DNA of 64,000 nt from Escherichia coli (GTDB lineage Bacteria; Pseudomonadota; Gammaproteobacteria; Enterobacterales; Enterobacteriaceae). The stretch lies in NCBI RefSeq assembly GCF_044324875.1, contig NZ_CP172185.1; one strand, 5' to 3'. The notes beneath the pieces are model-generated. The model was not told where the DNA came from and searched no databases. It saw nothing but the letters and a program-made list of their open reading frames with translations. Positions 51,627 to 64,000 of this stretch are shown piece after piece (the first letter of the stretch is position 1; every line of letters begins with the position of its first letter). The translations under genes and the position numbers were made by a program.

Positions 51627-53270
51627 TTAGCGAATGTTAATCAGCGCATCAAAAATCGCGTTTGCCGTCTGCAGAACCTGCGCATTCGCGAGGTAATACT
51701 GCTGAAAACGTTGCAGATTTCCGTACTCCTCATCGAGATTGACACCGGAAATCGACTGCTGCTGATTGGAAAGCTGCGTCACCACATTACCTTGCGTGGT
51801 GCTACTGGTTTTCAACGTCGCGGTTTTATTACCGATATCACTCACTAACGAGGCATAAGCGTCGTTAAAGGATTTCGCACCGCCCACCGTTTTACTGTTG
51901 CTTTGCAGATCGAGCAGGGCCTGACCGTTGCGGTTGTCGCTATCACCCGCATCTTCTGCGCTCGCCATGGCGATTTTCGCTTCGTCGGTGATTAATACAT
52001 CCATGTTGACGATGGCGTCACTTACCGGTTTCAGTGTGAAGCTGTCGTTAACGGCAGGCGTTCCTGTTAACGTCAACTCCAGACCATCAAATGCCACTTT
52101 ACCGTTGGCATCCGGCGTCACCGTAAAAGTGGTATTACTGGCAAGGCGGGTGACCTGCCACTGATTATTATCGAACGAGATTTTGTAATCTGTCGCCAGT
52201 ACCGCGGAGGCATCAGTTACCGTTGCACCGATCGCAACGTCACCTTTGTTTTTCGTGTTTTGCAGAACCGCGGGCTTACCGATAGCAAAGAAATCTTCAC
52301 CAGCATCGCCGTTAGCATCAAATCCGGCTTTGTGTTGGGTGTTGAAAGCCTCGGCAAATGCCAGCGCCAGTTGTCCAAGCGTATTACGCGTCTGGTCAAG
52401 ATCCTGAGAACGGAATGTCAGAATGCCGCCCAGTGACCCGGAATTCAGTAATTTCTCCGGGATCTCAATATTGCCTGCCGTCCCATCAACATAAGCGACA
52501 GTCGTACGAGAAGGGTCGGCGCTGGAAGGAACTGCCGCAAGTTGCCGCGCCGTACTTCCCTGAACCAGTGAGTAGCCATTGGCCATCGTGATATTATAAG
52601 TGCCACCATCCTGAACGCTGACTTCTACGCCAACAATCTGGTTTAATTCGCTCACCAGTTGATCGCGTTGATCCAGCAGATTGTTAGGTGACGCCCCTGC
52701 CCCCACGCCTGTCAGGCGGGAGATTTGATCGTTCAGGCTGGCGATTTGTTTAGCGTAATTGTTGATCTGATCAACGCTGGCACCTATCGCGATATTGACC
52801 TGTTTGTCCTGGTCGCGCAGATATTGATCGGTGGTTTTAAACTGATTCACCAACCCTTCTGATTTCCCAATCAGCGCCTGGCGCGCTGCCGGGTCTTCCG
52901 CGTTACTCACCAGCGTTTGCAGGCTGGTGAAGAAATCCTGCATCTGTATTGCCAGCGAAGAGGTACTGGTGGAGAGCATATTGTCGATTTTCGACATCTG
53001 CTCATAGCGGGCAGTCAGGCCGCTACTTTGCGTCTGCGCCGCACGTAACTGGTTGGTAATAAACGCATCATACTCACGCTGCACACCAGAAACGTAGACG
53101 CCATTGCCAACCCAGCCGCCAGCGCCCAACGTGCTATTGGCCTGCGTCATAATAGTGGTTTGGCGGGTATATCCGGCAACGTTATAGCTGGAGATATTAT
53201 TACTTGCCGTATTTAACGCCGCCTGGGCCGCGTTCAGTCCGCTCATGGCGTTATTGATCAAGCTGGACAT
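51627..53270 (-). CDS. flgK: Flagellar hook-associated protein 1 FlgK
   Basis: 547-aa ORF recognised as FlgK. Confidence 0.95.
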   Translation of the reverse strand: MSSLINNAMSGLNAAQAALNTASNNISSYNVAGYTRQTTIMTQANSTLGAGGWVGNGVYVSGVQREYDAFITNQLRAAQTQSSGLTARYEQMSKIDNMLSTSTSSLAIQMQDFFTSLQTLVSNAEDPAARQALIGKSEGLVNQFKTTDQYLRDQDKQVNIAIGASVDQINNYAKQIASLNDQISRLTGVGAGASPNNLLDQRDQLVSELNQIVGVEVSVQDGGTYNITMANGYSLVQGSTARQLAAVPSSADPSRTTVAYVDGTAGNIEIPEKLLNSGSLGGILTFRSQDLDQTRNTLGQLALAFAEAFNTQHKAGFDANGDAGEDFFAIGKPAVLQNTKNKGDVAIGATVTDASAVLATDYKISFDNNQWQVTRLASNTTFTVTPDANGKVAFDGLELTLTGTPAVNDSFTLKPVSDAIVNMDVLITDEAKIAMASAEDAGDSDNRNGQALLDLQSNSKTVGGAKSFNDAYASLVSDIGNKTATLKTSSTTQGNVVTQLSNQQQSISGVNLDEEYGNLQRFQQYYLANAQVLQTANAIFDALINIR

Positions 53271-53335
53271 GGAGGTTCCTTATAAGCCTTCAATTACAGA
53301 GTATTATCGGCAGCGACCCGCCGGACTTGAGTTAT
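53271..53335 (-). promoter_or_regulatory. Candidate sigma-28 (class III) promoter for flgKL; GCCGATAA -10 element at 53304-53311 on the minus strand
   Basis: GCCGATAA read on the minus strand with a partial TAAAGTTT-like -35 (TCAAGTCC) 11 nt upstream. Confidence 0.5.
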
Positions 53336-54277
53336 TCAGAACAGATTATCAATGTTCATGCTGTAGGTTTTGCTCACCTTGTCGCTTATCGATTTCATCT
53401 GCTGAATCATGTTGGTGAGTTTGCGGGCATAGTGAGGATCGGTGGCATAGCCCGCGTCCTGTAGGGCCTGCGCCCCCTGCTCCGCACTCGCGGCGGTCGT
53501 CACGGCGGCGTAGCGCGGGTTACGCGTTAACAGCCCAACGTAATCCGACAATGCTTCCAGATACGAGCTGTAGACCCGAAACTTCGCTTTTACTTTCTTC
53601 GCTTCGCCATTTTCATATTCAGTCGTGGTGATTTCAGTGACTGGCCCTTTCCAGTTGCCAGAGGCTTTGACGCCAAACAGGTTATAGCTCGGCTCGCCGT
53701 TTTCACGGCGGATTTGCCGTTGTCCCCAGCCAGATTCCAGCGCCGCCTGAGCGAGGATCAAATGATGTGGCACACCACTTTGCTGGCTTGCCAGTTGGGC
53801 TGGCAGCGAGAGTTGCGCGAGGAATGCTTTACTGTCACCCGGCAGCGAATCATCGTAGTTACGTGGTACGGCCTTTTGCACCAGCTGCGAAAGCGTCTGA
53901 TTTTGATAACGCACCACGGTTTCGAGCGGGAATTTCATCGGTGCTGCTGGCGTGGACTCCTCTGGCAATGGTTGTTCTGGCGTCATCTGTTTAACCATCA
54001 TCTCTGCCAGCCCCAGACCTTTGCCCGCCGTCATCTGTTGAGCAATCTGCTGGTCATACATACTGGTATACAGGCGAGTGTGCTCGCTGCTGAACAGGCC
54101 ATCTTTTGGTAAAGCGTCGCGCATGCTTTTCAACATCATCTGCACGAACATCCCTTCCACCTGGCGGGCCACCGGACGGATATTTGCCGCCGGATCTTCG
54201 CCCGCTTTCGCCTTAAGTTCGTTGAGCGATTGTGCATCCCAGGCCGCACTTGCCAGTAGTTTGCTGTCGCTGATCAT
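53336..54277 (-). CDS. flgJ: Flagellar rod assembly protein / peptidoglycan hydrolase FlgJ
   Basis: Recognised FlgJ; start at MISDSKLL gives 313 aa. Confidence 0.95.
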   Translation of the reverse strand: MISDSKLLASAAWDAQSLNELKAKAGEDPAANIRPVARQVEGMFVQMMLKSMRDALPKDGLFSSEHTRLYTSMYDQQIAQQMTAGKGLGLAEMMVKQMTPEQPLPEESTPAAPMKFPLETVVRYQNQTLSQLVQKAVPRNYDDSLPGDSKAFLAQLSLPAQLASQQSGVPHHLILAQAALESGWGQRQIRRENGEPSYNLFGVKASGNWKGPVTEITTTEYENGEAKKVKAKFRVYSSYLEALSDYVGLLTRNPRYAAVTTAASAEQGAQALQDAGYATDPHYARKLTNMIQQMKSISDKVSKTYSMNIDNLF

Positions 54278-55377
54278 CAGATGATTTCCAGTTTTGCCCG
54301 CAGACATCCCGCACTTTGCATTGATTGCAGTATGGACATCAGATCCATCGGCGTAGCGCCCAGCGCATTGAGCGCACGCACCACGTTATTGAGGCTGGCG
54401 CTGGAACGTACGCTTTGCAGCGAACCGCCGCTCTGGCGTAAATCGATCTGCGTTTGTGGAGTAACCACAGTCTGCCCACCACCAAACGGTGTATCTGGCT
54501 GGCTGACATTGGCCTGGCGATTAACTGTTACTGAAAGATTTCCCTGCGCTACCGCGCAGCTGTCGAGGGTCACTTCGCGATTCATCACCACCGAACCGGT
54601 GCGCGAGTTAATCACTACTTTAGCGTCCTGCGGGGTAACATTAACCTGCATATTCTGGATATCGGCAAGGAAACGGACCTGGGAACTGTTGCCACTTGGT
54701 ACGCGCACCTGAATAGTCCGCGCATCTAACGCGGTGGCGCTGCCATATCCACGCACGCGGTTGATGGTGTCAGCGATTTGCTGCGCCATGCTGAAATCTT
54801 CGTCGTTAAGTTGCAAATTAAGGGTATTCCCGACGCCAAACTGGCTGGGCAATTCACGTTCAATAACCGCACCATTGGTGATCCGTCCACCGTTCAGTTG
54901 GTTCACCTGAACACTGCTACCGCCAGCGGAGGCTCCTGCGCCGCCAACCAGAATATTGCCCTGCGCCAGCGCATACACCTGACTGTCAACGCCCTTAAGC
55001 GGTGTCATCAACAACGTACCGCCACGCAAGCTTTTGGCATTACCCATGGAAGATACCACCACATCGATGGTTTGCCCCTGGCGTCCAAACGGCGGAAGTG
55101 ACGCCGTCACCATTACCGCAGCGACGTTTTTTAGCTGCATATTGGTGCCCGTCGGAACGGTAATTCCCAGCTGTGAGAGCATGTTATTAAGCGTTTGTGT
55201 GGTAAACGGCGTCTGGGTTGTCTGGTCACCAGTTCCATCCAGCCCCACCACCAGGCCATAGCCAATCAGTGAGTTTTGCCTTACCCCCTGAACACTGGTG
55301 AGATCGCGAATACGCTCAGCCTGAGCCGCCGTGGTAACCAGTAAAAGAATTAATGCAGAGAGAAATTTAATCACCAC
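54277..55377 (-). CDS. flgI: Flagellar P-ring protein FlgI
   Basis: 366-aa ORF with signal peptide. Confidence 0.95.
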
Positions 55378-55385
55378 AGCCTCAC

Positions 55386-56087
55386 TTACATTGGTGACAG
55401 GTTGAGGAAGAAACGCTGCAACCAGCCCATATTTTGCGCTTCGTTAATGTAGCCATTGCCTACGTATTCAATGCGCGCATCCGCCACCTGAGTAGACGGT
55501 ACGGTATTGCTGCCGCTGATAGTGCGTGGATTAACTACACCAGAGAAGCGAATAAATTCGGTACCCTGATTAATGGCAATCTGTTTTTCACCCACCACAT
55601 GCAGGTTGCCGTTAACCAGTACCTGGTCAACCGTCACCGTCAACGTGCCGCTAAAGGTATTGCTGGCATTGGCCCCGCCTTTTCCGTTGAACGTGTTACC
55701 ACCGGAGGCTTCGACATCGGCACGAGCGTTACCAAACAGCCCCTGCAAATAGCGCGGCACAGTATCAAAGCCAAAATTAGATTTACCGTCACGGCTGGCA
55801 TTCGCAGAGGAGCTTTTGCTGGCGCTGACGTTCTCCTGCAACACGATGGTCAGCGTATCGCCAATATTGCGTGGTCGACGATCTTCAAACAGCGGTTGAT
55901 AGCCATAGTTAATCGGCTGAGCAGACTGGAAAATAGAACCGTTGGCGACGGGCGTCGGACCGGGAACCGGTTGTGCACTGGTCGCCCCCTGTACCAGCGG
56001 CGTGGAGGGTATCCAGGCGCAGCCGGTTAGTGAAAGCACCAACAAGCTGGAAATGGCATAAGTATGCGCAGAGTTTTTTTGCATGGC
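55386..56087 (-). CDS. flgH: Flagellar L-ring lipoprotein FlgH
   Basis: Lipobox LTGC; start at [10 protein letters not shown] gives about 232 aa. Confidence 0.95.
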
Positions 56088-56136
56088 TATCATCTTCAAA
56101 AATCAGTAAACCGGTGAATCTGCCACCGGTTATGCC

Positions 56137-56937
<801 letters not shown>

Positions 56938-57055
56938 TTAGTGACAAGCAGAGCAGAAGCACGCGACGGTGCGCATTTCCCCTCACCCTAACCTCTCCCA
57001 AAATGGGCGAGAGAATAGTCCGCGCGCTTTTATTGCAATGTCATCAATCGTTTAA

Positions 57056-57811
57056 TTAACTCATCGACAGCAGTTGGTTGGCACGGCCTGCGTTATCATC
57101 GACGCTGCTGATCACCTTCATCTGCATTTCAAAACGCCGCGCGCTGGCAATCATGTCGCTCATTGCCGCAACGGCATTGACGTTACTGCCTTCCAGAACT
57201 CCAGACATCACACGCAAGGTTGGATCTGCCTGCAGTACCGGCCCACGCGTGGCCTGGCTTTCCGCGCTTAAACGAAAAATGCCGTCGTCACCGCGCTGCA
57301 CTTCGCTGCCCGTGGCTTTCACCAGCTTCAGACGCCCCACTGGCGCAACCGTATTTGCCGGATCGCCCGGATTGAGCACCGAGATTGTGCCATCGGCAGC
57401 AATAGTGATTTCCGCCCCTTCCGGCACAGCAATTGGCCCAGCCTCGCCTATCACCGGATGTCCCTGAATTGTCAGTTGCCCGGTGGGATCAACCTGAATG
57501 CTGCCATTACGCGTATACCCTTCGCTGCCGTCAGCGGTCTGCACGGCCAGCCAGCCATCCTGCTGCAACGCAACGTCCAGCGGGCGCGAGGTGTAATCCA
57601 TCTTGCCGGGCGTCATGTCTGCACCCGGCGTTGACGCCGTTACCAGCGTGCGCGTGGGCAGTGAAAGCCCTTCCACCGGCACTGCGCGCAAGGCGTTTAA
57701 CTGCGCGCGAAAACCGGGCGTAGAGGCATTGGCCAGATTACTGGCGGTTACCGCCTGTTGATTCAACGTCTGGCTGGCTGCTCCCATCGCGGTATAAATT
57801 GCGTGATCCAT
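57056..57811 (-). CDS. flgF: Flagellar proximal rod protein FlgF
   Basis: 251-aa ORF recognised as FlgF. Confidence 0.97.
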   Translation of the reverse strand: MDHAIYTAMGAASQTLNQQAVTASNLANASTPGFRAQLNALRAVPVEGLSLPTRTLVTASTPGADMTPGKMDYTSRPLDVALQQDGWLAVQTADGSEGYTRNGSIQVDPTGQLTIQGHPVIGEAGPIAVPEGAEITIAADGTISVLNPGDPANTVAPVGRLKLVKATGSEVQRGDDGIFRLSAESQATRGPVLQADPTLRVMSGVLEGSNVNAVAAMSDMIASARRFEMQMKVISSVDDNAGRANQLLSMS

Positions 57812-57830
57812 TGAGCTATCCCGTCAGCGA

Positions 57831-59036
57831 TTAGCGTAAGTTAACCAGCGTGTTGAGGATCTGGTCCTGGGTTTTGATGGTCTGGGCGTTAGACTGATAG
57901 TTACGCTGAGCAACGATCATATTGACCAGTTCTTTACTGAGATCGACGTTGGACGCTTCCAGCGCACCGTTGGTCAGGGTGCCAAAGTTGCCCGTCCCGG
58001 CTGTCCCTAACAGCGCCACGCCAGAAGATTGCGTAGCGGACCAGACGTTGTCGCCTTCGGATGCCAGACCTTCGTTGTTGGCAAAGTTCGCCAGTACAAT
58101 CTGCCCCAGCAGTTGGGTTTGTTCGTTGGAATAGTTGCCGACAACCGTACCGTCATCATTGATTTGATAACTCACCAGATCGCCCGGTTTGTAGCCGTTC
58201 TGGGTGGTTGCCACAATGTTGTTAGCACCGGTATTTTGCTGCATGGAGTTGAGGAAACTCAGGCTAAACGTGGCGGGATCTGCGCCGTTAATTGCGCCAG
58301 TGGAAATATTCGCTGTTGGATCTGAGGTCAGAACGCCATTGGCATTAAACACCAGTGTTGTCGCTGTCTTCGCAATGCTGTTTGGATCACTACTATCCTG
58401 GGTGTAGACCTGCCAGTTATTATCCCCGGTCTTCACAAAGTAGACGCTCATGTCATGAGCATTACCCTGACTATCGAAAACAGTCACCGAACCTTTTTTG
58501 TTATAGCTATCCGCATTGCTGGCATCAAATGCGTTAACAGAGGGAAGCGGATCACTGGAATTCAGGTTGATCTGCATCGACGCCGTGGTGGTAGTTTTCG
58601 CTGCCATCAGGGTATTCGGAATCGAAATATTGGTCGGATTCGCCCCTTGCTGAATAGTCGGCGGCGTACCGGTTGCCGGGTAACCCGTCAGCTGTAAACC
58701 TTGCATATTCACCAGGTTACGGTTTTCATCCAGCTTAAATTGTCCGTTACGGCTGTAGAACACCGAACCGTTGCTGTCTACCAGACGGAAAAAACCGTTC
58801 TGGCTGATAGCAACGTCCAGACCTCGCCCGGTGTTGGTAGTCGTGCCATCGGTAAAGTCCTGGGTGATACCGGCAACTTTTACCCCCAGTCCCACTTTCG
58901 AACCGGCAAACATATCGGCAAAAGAGGCCGTGCCTGATTTAAAGCCGTAGGTGGCGGAGTTGGCGATATTGTTGCCAATAACATCGAGGTTGGTGGCGGC
59001 AGCGTTTAATCCGCTAACCGCTTGAGAAAAGGCCAT
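57831..59036 (-). CDS. flgE: Flagellar hook protein FlgE
   Basis: 401-aa ORF recognised as FlgE. Confidence 0.97.
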   Translation of the reverse strand: MAFSQAVSGLNAAATNLDVIGNNIANSATYGFKSGTASFADMFAGSKVGLGVKVAGITQDFTDGTTTNTGRGLDVAISQNGFFRLVDSNGSVFYSRNGQFKLDENRNLVNMQGLQLTGYPATGTPPTIQQGANPTNISIPNTLMAAKTTTTASMQINLNSSDPLPSVNAFDASNADSYNKKGSVTVFDSQGNAHDMSVYFVKTGDNNWQVYTQDSSDPNSIAKTATTLVFNANGVLTSDPTANISTGAINGADPATFSLSFLNSMQQNTGANNIVATTQNGYKPGDLVSYQINDDGTVVGNYSNEQTQLLGQIVLANFANNEGLASEGDNVWSATQSSGVALLGTAGTGNFGTLTNGALEASNVDLSKELVNMIVAQRNYQSNAQTIKTQDQILNTLVNLR

Positions 59037-59060
59037 GACTGACTCCTGAAATGTGAAGGC

Positions 59061-59756
59061 TTAAATTATCTGCCGTACTTCGTCGAGGGTGGTGGTGCCG
59101 TAAGTGCCGAGATCCAGCGTATTACCGTTGTTGCCGCGGATCACACCCTGCACCAGAGCAAACTGCAGCGGCTGGGCAACCAGTTGTGTACCACCGTTAC
59201 TGGCGCTAATCGCTACGTTGTAAGAACCGTTCGGCGCAGTGGTGCCGTCAGTCAACGTACCGTCCCAGGTGAAACTGTGGACTCCGGCGGTCAGTTCACC
59301 AATATCAATGGTACGGACAACCGCGCCATTTTTATCGGTGATGGTGGCCGTAACTTTGTCTGCCGCCTGTTGCAGCTCAACACCAAACGGCGTGGTCGTG
59401 GTCACAGCCCCTTCTTCACTGCCGGTTCCCGCAAGAACAGTGGTGCCGGGGATCATCACGCCGTGACCGATCAGGTTACTGGCCTGTAACGACTGGCTGT
59501 TATCAATCTGTCCGGAAATAGATCCGAGCGTGGTATTGAGTTTTTCAATCCCGCTGACCGTGCTGATTTGAGCCAATTGCGACGTCAGCTCGTTGTTTTC
59601 CATTGGATTGGTCGGGTCCTGGTTTTTCAGCTGCGCCACCAACAAAGTCAGAAAACTGCTTTGTAAATCTGCGGCGTTGCTGCCCGTGAGCGAACTACTA
59701 CTGGTGGTGCTGACGCCGGTATTTGTCGGATCGGTGGTGGTTACCGCAATGGACAT
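59061..59756 (-). CDS. flgD: Flagellar hook capping protein FlgD
   Basis: 231-aa ORF recognised as FlgD. Confidence 0.97.
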   Translation of the reverse strand: MSIAVTTTDPTNTGVSTTSSSSLTGSNAADLQSSFLTLLVAQLKNQDPTNPMENNELTSQLAQISTVSGIEKLNTTLGSISGQIDNSQSLQASNLIGHGVMIPGTTVLAGTGSEEGAVTTTTPFGVELQQAADKVTATITDKNGAVVRTIDIGELTAGVHSFTWDGTLTDGTTAPNGSYNVAISASNGGTQLVAQPLQFALVQGVIRGNNGNTLDLGTYGTTTLDEVRQII

Positions 59757-59767
59757 AGTTTTCTCCT

Positions 59768-60172
59768 TTATTGACCGAGCGTAAGGGTTTTCAGCATCAT
59801 GCTTTTCACCGTGTTGAGCACTTCAACATTGGCCTGATAGCTGCGTGACGCCGACATGGTGTTAACCATCTCTCCGACGACATCAACGTTTGGCATTTTC
59901 ACGTAGCCCTTTGCATCCGCCAGCGGATTACCCGGTTCATAAACCAGTTTGTCCGGGGCCTGACTTTCTATAACATCGGCAACCTTTACGCCGCCTGTCG
60001 CAGCACCTGGTGCAGCGTTAACCTGGAATACCACCTGTTTTGCCCGATATGGCTGTCCATCGGGACCGGTCACGCTATCAGCATTCGCCAGATTACTGGC
60101 CGCCACGTTCAGGCGCTGGGACTGGGCAGTTAACGCCGACCCGGCGATATCAAAAATATTCAGCAGTGCCAT
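59768..60172 (-). CDS. flgC: Flagellar rod protein FlgC
   Basis: 134-aa ORF recognised as FlgC. Confidence 0.97.
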
Positions 60173-60175
60173 CCG

Positions 60176-60592
60176 TTAATTTCCGCTCTGTAAAACGTTC
60201 ATCATGCCTTTGATTTGCCCGCTCAACGCGCTAAGGCTCATCTGGTATTGCAGGCTGTTATCGGCAAACTGGGTACGTTCGCGATCCATATCGACGGTAT
60301 TACCGTCAAGCGAAGGCTGGTCCGGAATACGGTATTGCAGTTCTGCGGTAGGAGGCGTCAGCGCCTGCGCCGGAATGTGTTGCGTTGAGGTCATCGTCAG
60401 TGCAACCACGCTTGTTGCATCCCGTCCACGTTGCATGACTTTTTTAAGTTCACTGGCAAAATCGATATCGCGCGCCTGATAACCAGGGGTATCGGCATTG
60501 GCGATGTTTGCTGCCAGCACTTCCTGACGCTGGGCGCGCAGATTGAGCGCCTCTTGTTGAAAACGTAAGGCGGCGTCGAGCTTATCGAGCAT
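60176..60592 (-). CDS. flgB: Flagellar rod protein FlgB
   Basis: 138-aa ORF recognised as FlgB. Confidence 0.97.
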
Positions 60593-60746
60593 ATCTCCTC
60601 CGCAGGTATCAAAATTCTGCCATCAGCTTAAATGCCTTTACGCGCGCGTTATCGGCGGAATAAACGCAAAATGGGTCGCTATTTATGCCGTTGATGGTCA
60701 TTGCGGACAGGTACAATTCACGTTGTAGAAATGGCAGGGGGCGAAA
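60593..60746. promoter_or_regulatory. Divergent flgB / flgA class II flagellar promoter region (FlhDC-dependent by established knowledge)
   Basis: 154-bp gap between divergent flgB and flgA; no motifs verified here. Confidence 0.5.
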
Positions 60747-61406
60747 ATGCTGGCAATAAAACGTAGCGTGGCGATCATCGCGATACTGTTCAGTCCGTTA
60801 AGTGCGGCGAGCAATCTCACATCGCAATTGCACACCTTTTTTAGCGCCCAGCTCGCGGGGGTAAGTGATGAGGTTCGTGTTTCTATTCGTACAGCGCCCA
60901 ATCTACTACCGCCGTGCGAGCAGCCATTGCTTTCGATGAGCAATAATTCCCGCCTGTGGGGCAATGTGAATGTGTTGGCACGCTGCGGTAACGACAAACG
61001 ATATTTACAGGTTAATGTGCAGGCCACAGGAAATTATGTGGTTGCCGCAATGCCCATTGTGCGGGGAGGAAAGCTGGAAGCTGGCAATGTCAAACTGAAA
61101 CGCGGACGGCTGGACACCTTGCCACCGCGTACGGTGCTGGATATCAATCAACTTGTTGATGCCGTTAGCCTGCGCGATCTATCACCCGATCAACCTATCC
61201 AGTTAACCCAGTTTCGCCAGGCATGGCGGGTAAAAGCGGGACAACGCGTCAACGTGATCGCCAGCGGTGATGGGTTTAGCGCCAACGCAGAAGGTCAGGC
61301 GCTGAACAATGCTGCCGTCGCACAGAATGCGCGGGTGCGCATGGTATCGGGACAGGTGGTCAGCGGCGTTGTTGATGCAGATGGGAATATTCTTATAAAC
61401 CTGTAA
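60747..61406 (+). CDS. flgA: Flagellar P-ring assembly chaperone FlgA
   Basis: 219-aa ORF with signal peptide. Confidence 0.95.
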   Translation: MLAIKRSVAIIAILFSPLSAASNLTSQLHTFFSAQLAGVSDEVRVSIRTAPNLLPPCEQPLLSMSNNSRLWGNVNVLARCGNDKRYLQVNVQATGNYVVAAMPIVRGGKLEAGNVKLKRGRLDTLPPRTVLDINQLVDAVSLRDLSPDQPIQLTQFRQAWRVKAGQRVNVIASGDGFSANAEGQALNNAAVAQNARVRMVSGQVVSGVVDADGNILINL

Positions 61407-61411
61407 GCTGT

Positions 61412-61438
61412 TAAAGATTACCCGTCCCTTGCCGATAA
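61412..61438 (+). promoter_or_regulatory. Sigma-28 (FliA) class III promoter of flgMN: TAAAGATT, 11-nt spacer, GCCGATAA
   Basis: -35 at 61412-61419 and -10 at 61431-61438 read from sequence; close match to consensus TAAAGTTT-N11-GCCGATAA. Confidence 0.85.
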
Positions 61439-61481
61439 ATAAGCAACACATGATAAAAGCGCCCTCAATGAGGAATAAACC

Positions 61482-61775
61482 ATGAGTATTGATCGCACTT
61501 CGCCTCTGAAGCCCGTAAGCACCGTTCAACCGCGCGAAACCATTGACGCGGCGGTAACGAACACCCGGGCGGCAAAAACAACCGCCTCCACCAGCACCAG
61601 TGTGACGTTAAGCGACGCGCAAGCAAAACTGATGCAACCCGGCAGCAGTGATATCAATCTTGAACGTGTCGAAGCGTTAAAACTGGCGATTCGTAACGGT
61701 GAACTAAAAATGGACACCGGCAAAATTGCCGATGCGCTGATCAACGAAGCGCAGCAAGACTTGCAGAGTAACTGA
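61482..61775 (+). CDS. flgM: Anti-sigma-28 factor FlgM
   Basis: 97-aa ORF recognised as FlgM. Confidence 0.97.
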   Translation: MSIDRTSPLKPVSTVQPRETIDAAVTNTRAAKTTASTSTSVTLSDAQAKLMQPGSSDINLERVEALKLAIRNGELKMDTGKIADALINEAQQDLQSN

Positions 61776-61779
61776 TCGT

Positions 61780-62196
61780 ATGACGCGTCTTGCAGAGATC
61801 CTCGACCAGATGTCCGCTGTGCTTAACGATCTCAAAACGGTAATGGATCAAGAGCAGCAACATCTCTCTATGGGGCAGATCAACGGCAGTCAGTTGCAAT
61901 GGATTACAGAACAAAAAAGCTCTCTGCTGGCGACGCTGGATTACCTCGAACAGTTACGCAGGAAAGAACCCAATTCAGCAAATAGCGTTGATATTAGTCA
62001 ACGCTGGCAGGAAATTACTGTGAAAACGCAGCAACTACGCCAAATGAATCAACATAACGGCTGGTTACTGGAAGGACAGATTGAGCGCAACCAACAAGCA
62101 CTGGAAATGTTGAAACCGCATCAGGAACCGACGCTATATGGAGCGAACGGTCAGACCTCAACAACCCATCGCGGCGGTAAAAAGATTTCGATCTGA
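61780..62196 (+). CDS. flgN: Flagellar export chaperone FlgN
   Basis: 138-aa ORF recognised as FlgN. Confidence 0.95.
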   Translation: MTRLAEILDQMSAVLNDLKTVMDQEQQHLSMGQINGSQLQWITEQKSSLLATLDYLEQLRRKEPNSANSVDISQRWQEITVKTQQLRQMNQHNGWLLEGQIERNQQALEMLKPHQEPTLYGANGQTSTTHRGGKKISI

Positions 62197-62235
62197 AGAT
62201 TATCTCCGGCCTGCACTGCAGGCCGGAATGCATTG

Positions 62236-63858
<1,623 letters not shown>

Positions 63859-63880
63859 CTACCGCCAGATGTTACAGGGT

Positions 63881-64000
63881 TTATTCACTCATCGCATCGC
63901 GCCAGATCTTGTCAATGATACGTTGCGCCAGCACGGCCTGTTCGCCGGCGGTTTGCGGAACTGTCTGATTTTGCACGCATTCAATGAAGTGCCGCGCACA
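63881..64000 (-). CDS. yceM: 3' end of a minus-strand gene, probably oxidoreductase YceM (MviM); truncated by window end
   Basis: Open frame to the window edge ending ...DKIWRDAMSE*; placement follows K-12 synteny upstream of murJ. Confidence 0.55.
   Translation of the reverse strand, partial: CARHFIECVQNQTVPQTAGEQAVLAQRIIDKIWRDAMSE

Overview
This window reads as an Escherichia coli chromosomal segment (K-12 gene order, inverted), with gene identities assigned by recognising the translated ORFs from memory; no database search was run. Positions 1-7238 are the integrase-proximal end of a lambdoid prophage: small unknown ORFs, a Rha-family regulator, a RecE-like exonuclease gene interrupted by an IS629 copy, then xis and int. 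The prophage abuts an intact potC, so the potABCD operon appears split at the potB/potC junction. The remainder is conserved core: potCD, ymfA, ycfZ (truncated by an IS1 insertion with a 9-bp target duplication), cobB, nagK, lolCDE, ycfT, mfd, ldtC, bhsA, comR, ycfJ, ndh, ycfP, nagZ, thiK, lpoB, ycfL, hinT, fhuE (carrying one in-frame TAG stop), ptsG, ycfH, holB, tmk, mltG, pabC, the fabF-acpP-fabG-fabD-fabH-plsX-rpmF-yceD cluster, yceF, rluC, rne, the flgL-to-flgB and flgAMN flagellar operons, murJ and the 3' end of yceM. IS629 plus a prophage at the pot locus suggests an EHEC/O157-like background. I did not find a convincing new multi-gene system; the best leads are the prophage exonuclease with a swapped nuclease domain, a pair of perfect palindromes at the window start, direct repeats next to int, and the three gene-inactivating lesions (IS629, IS1, fhuE amber).
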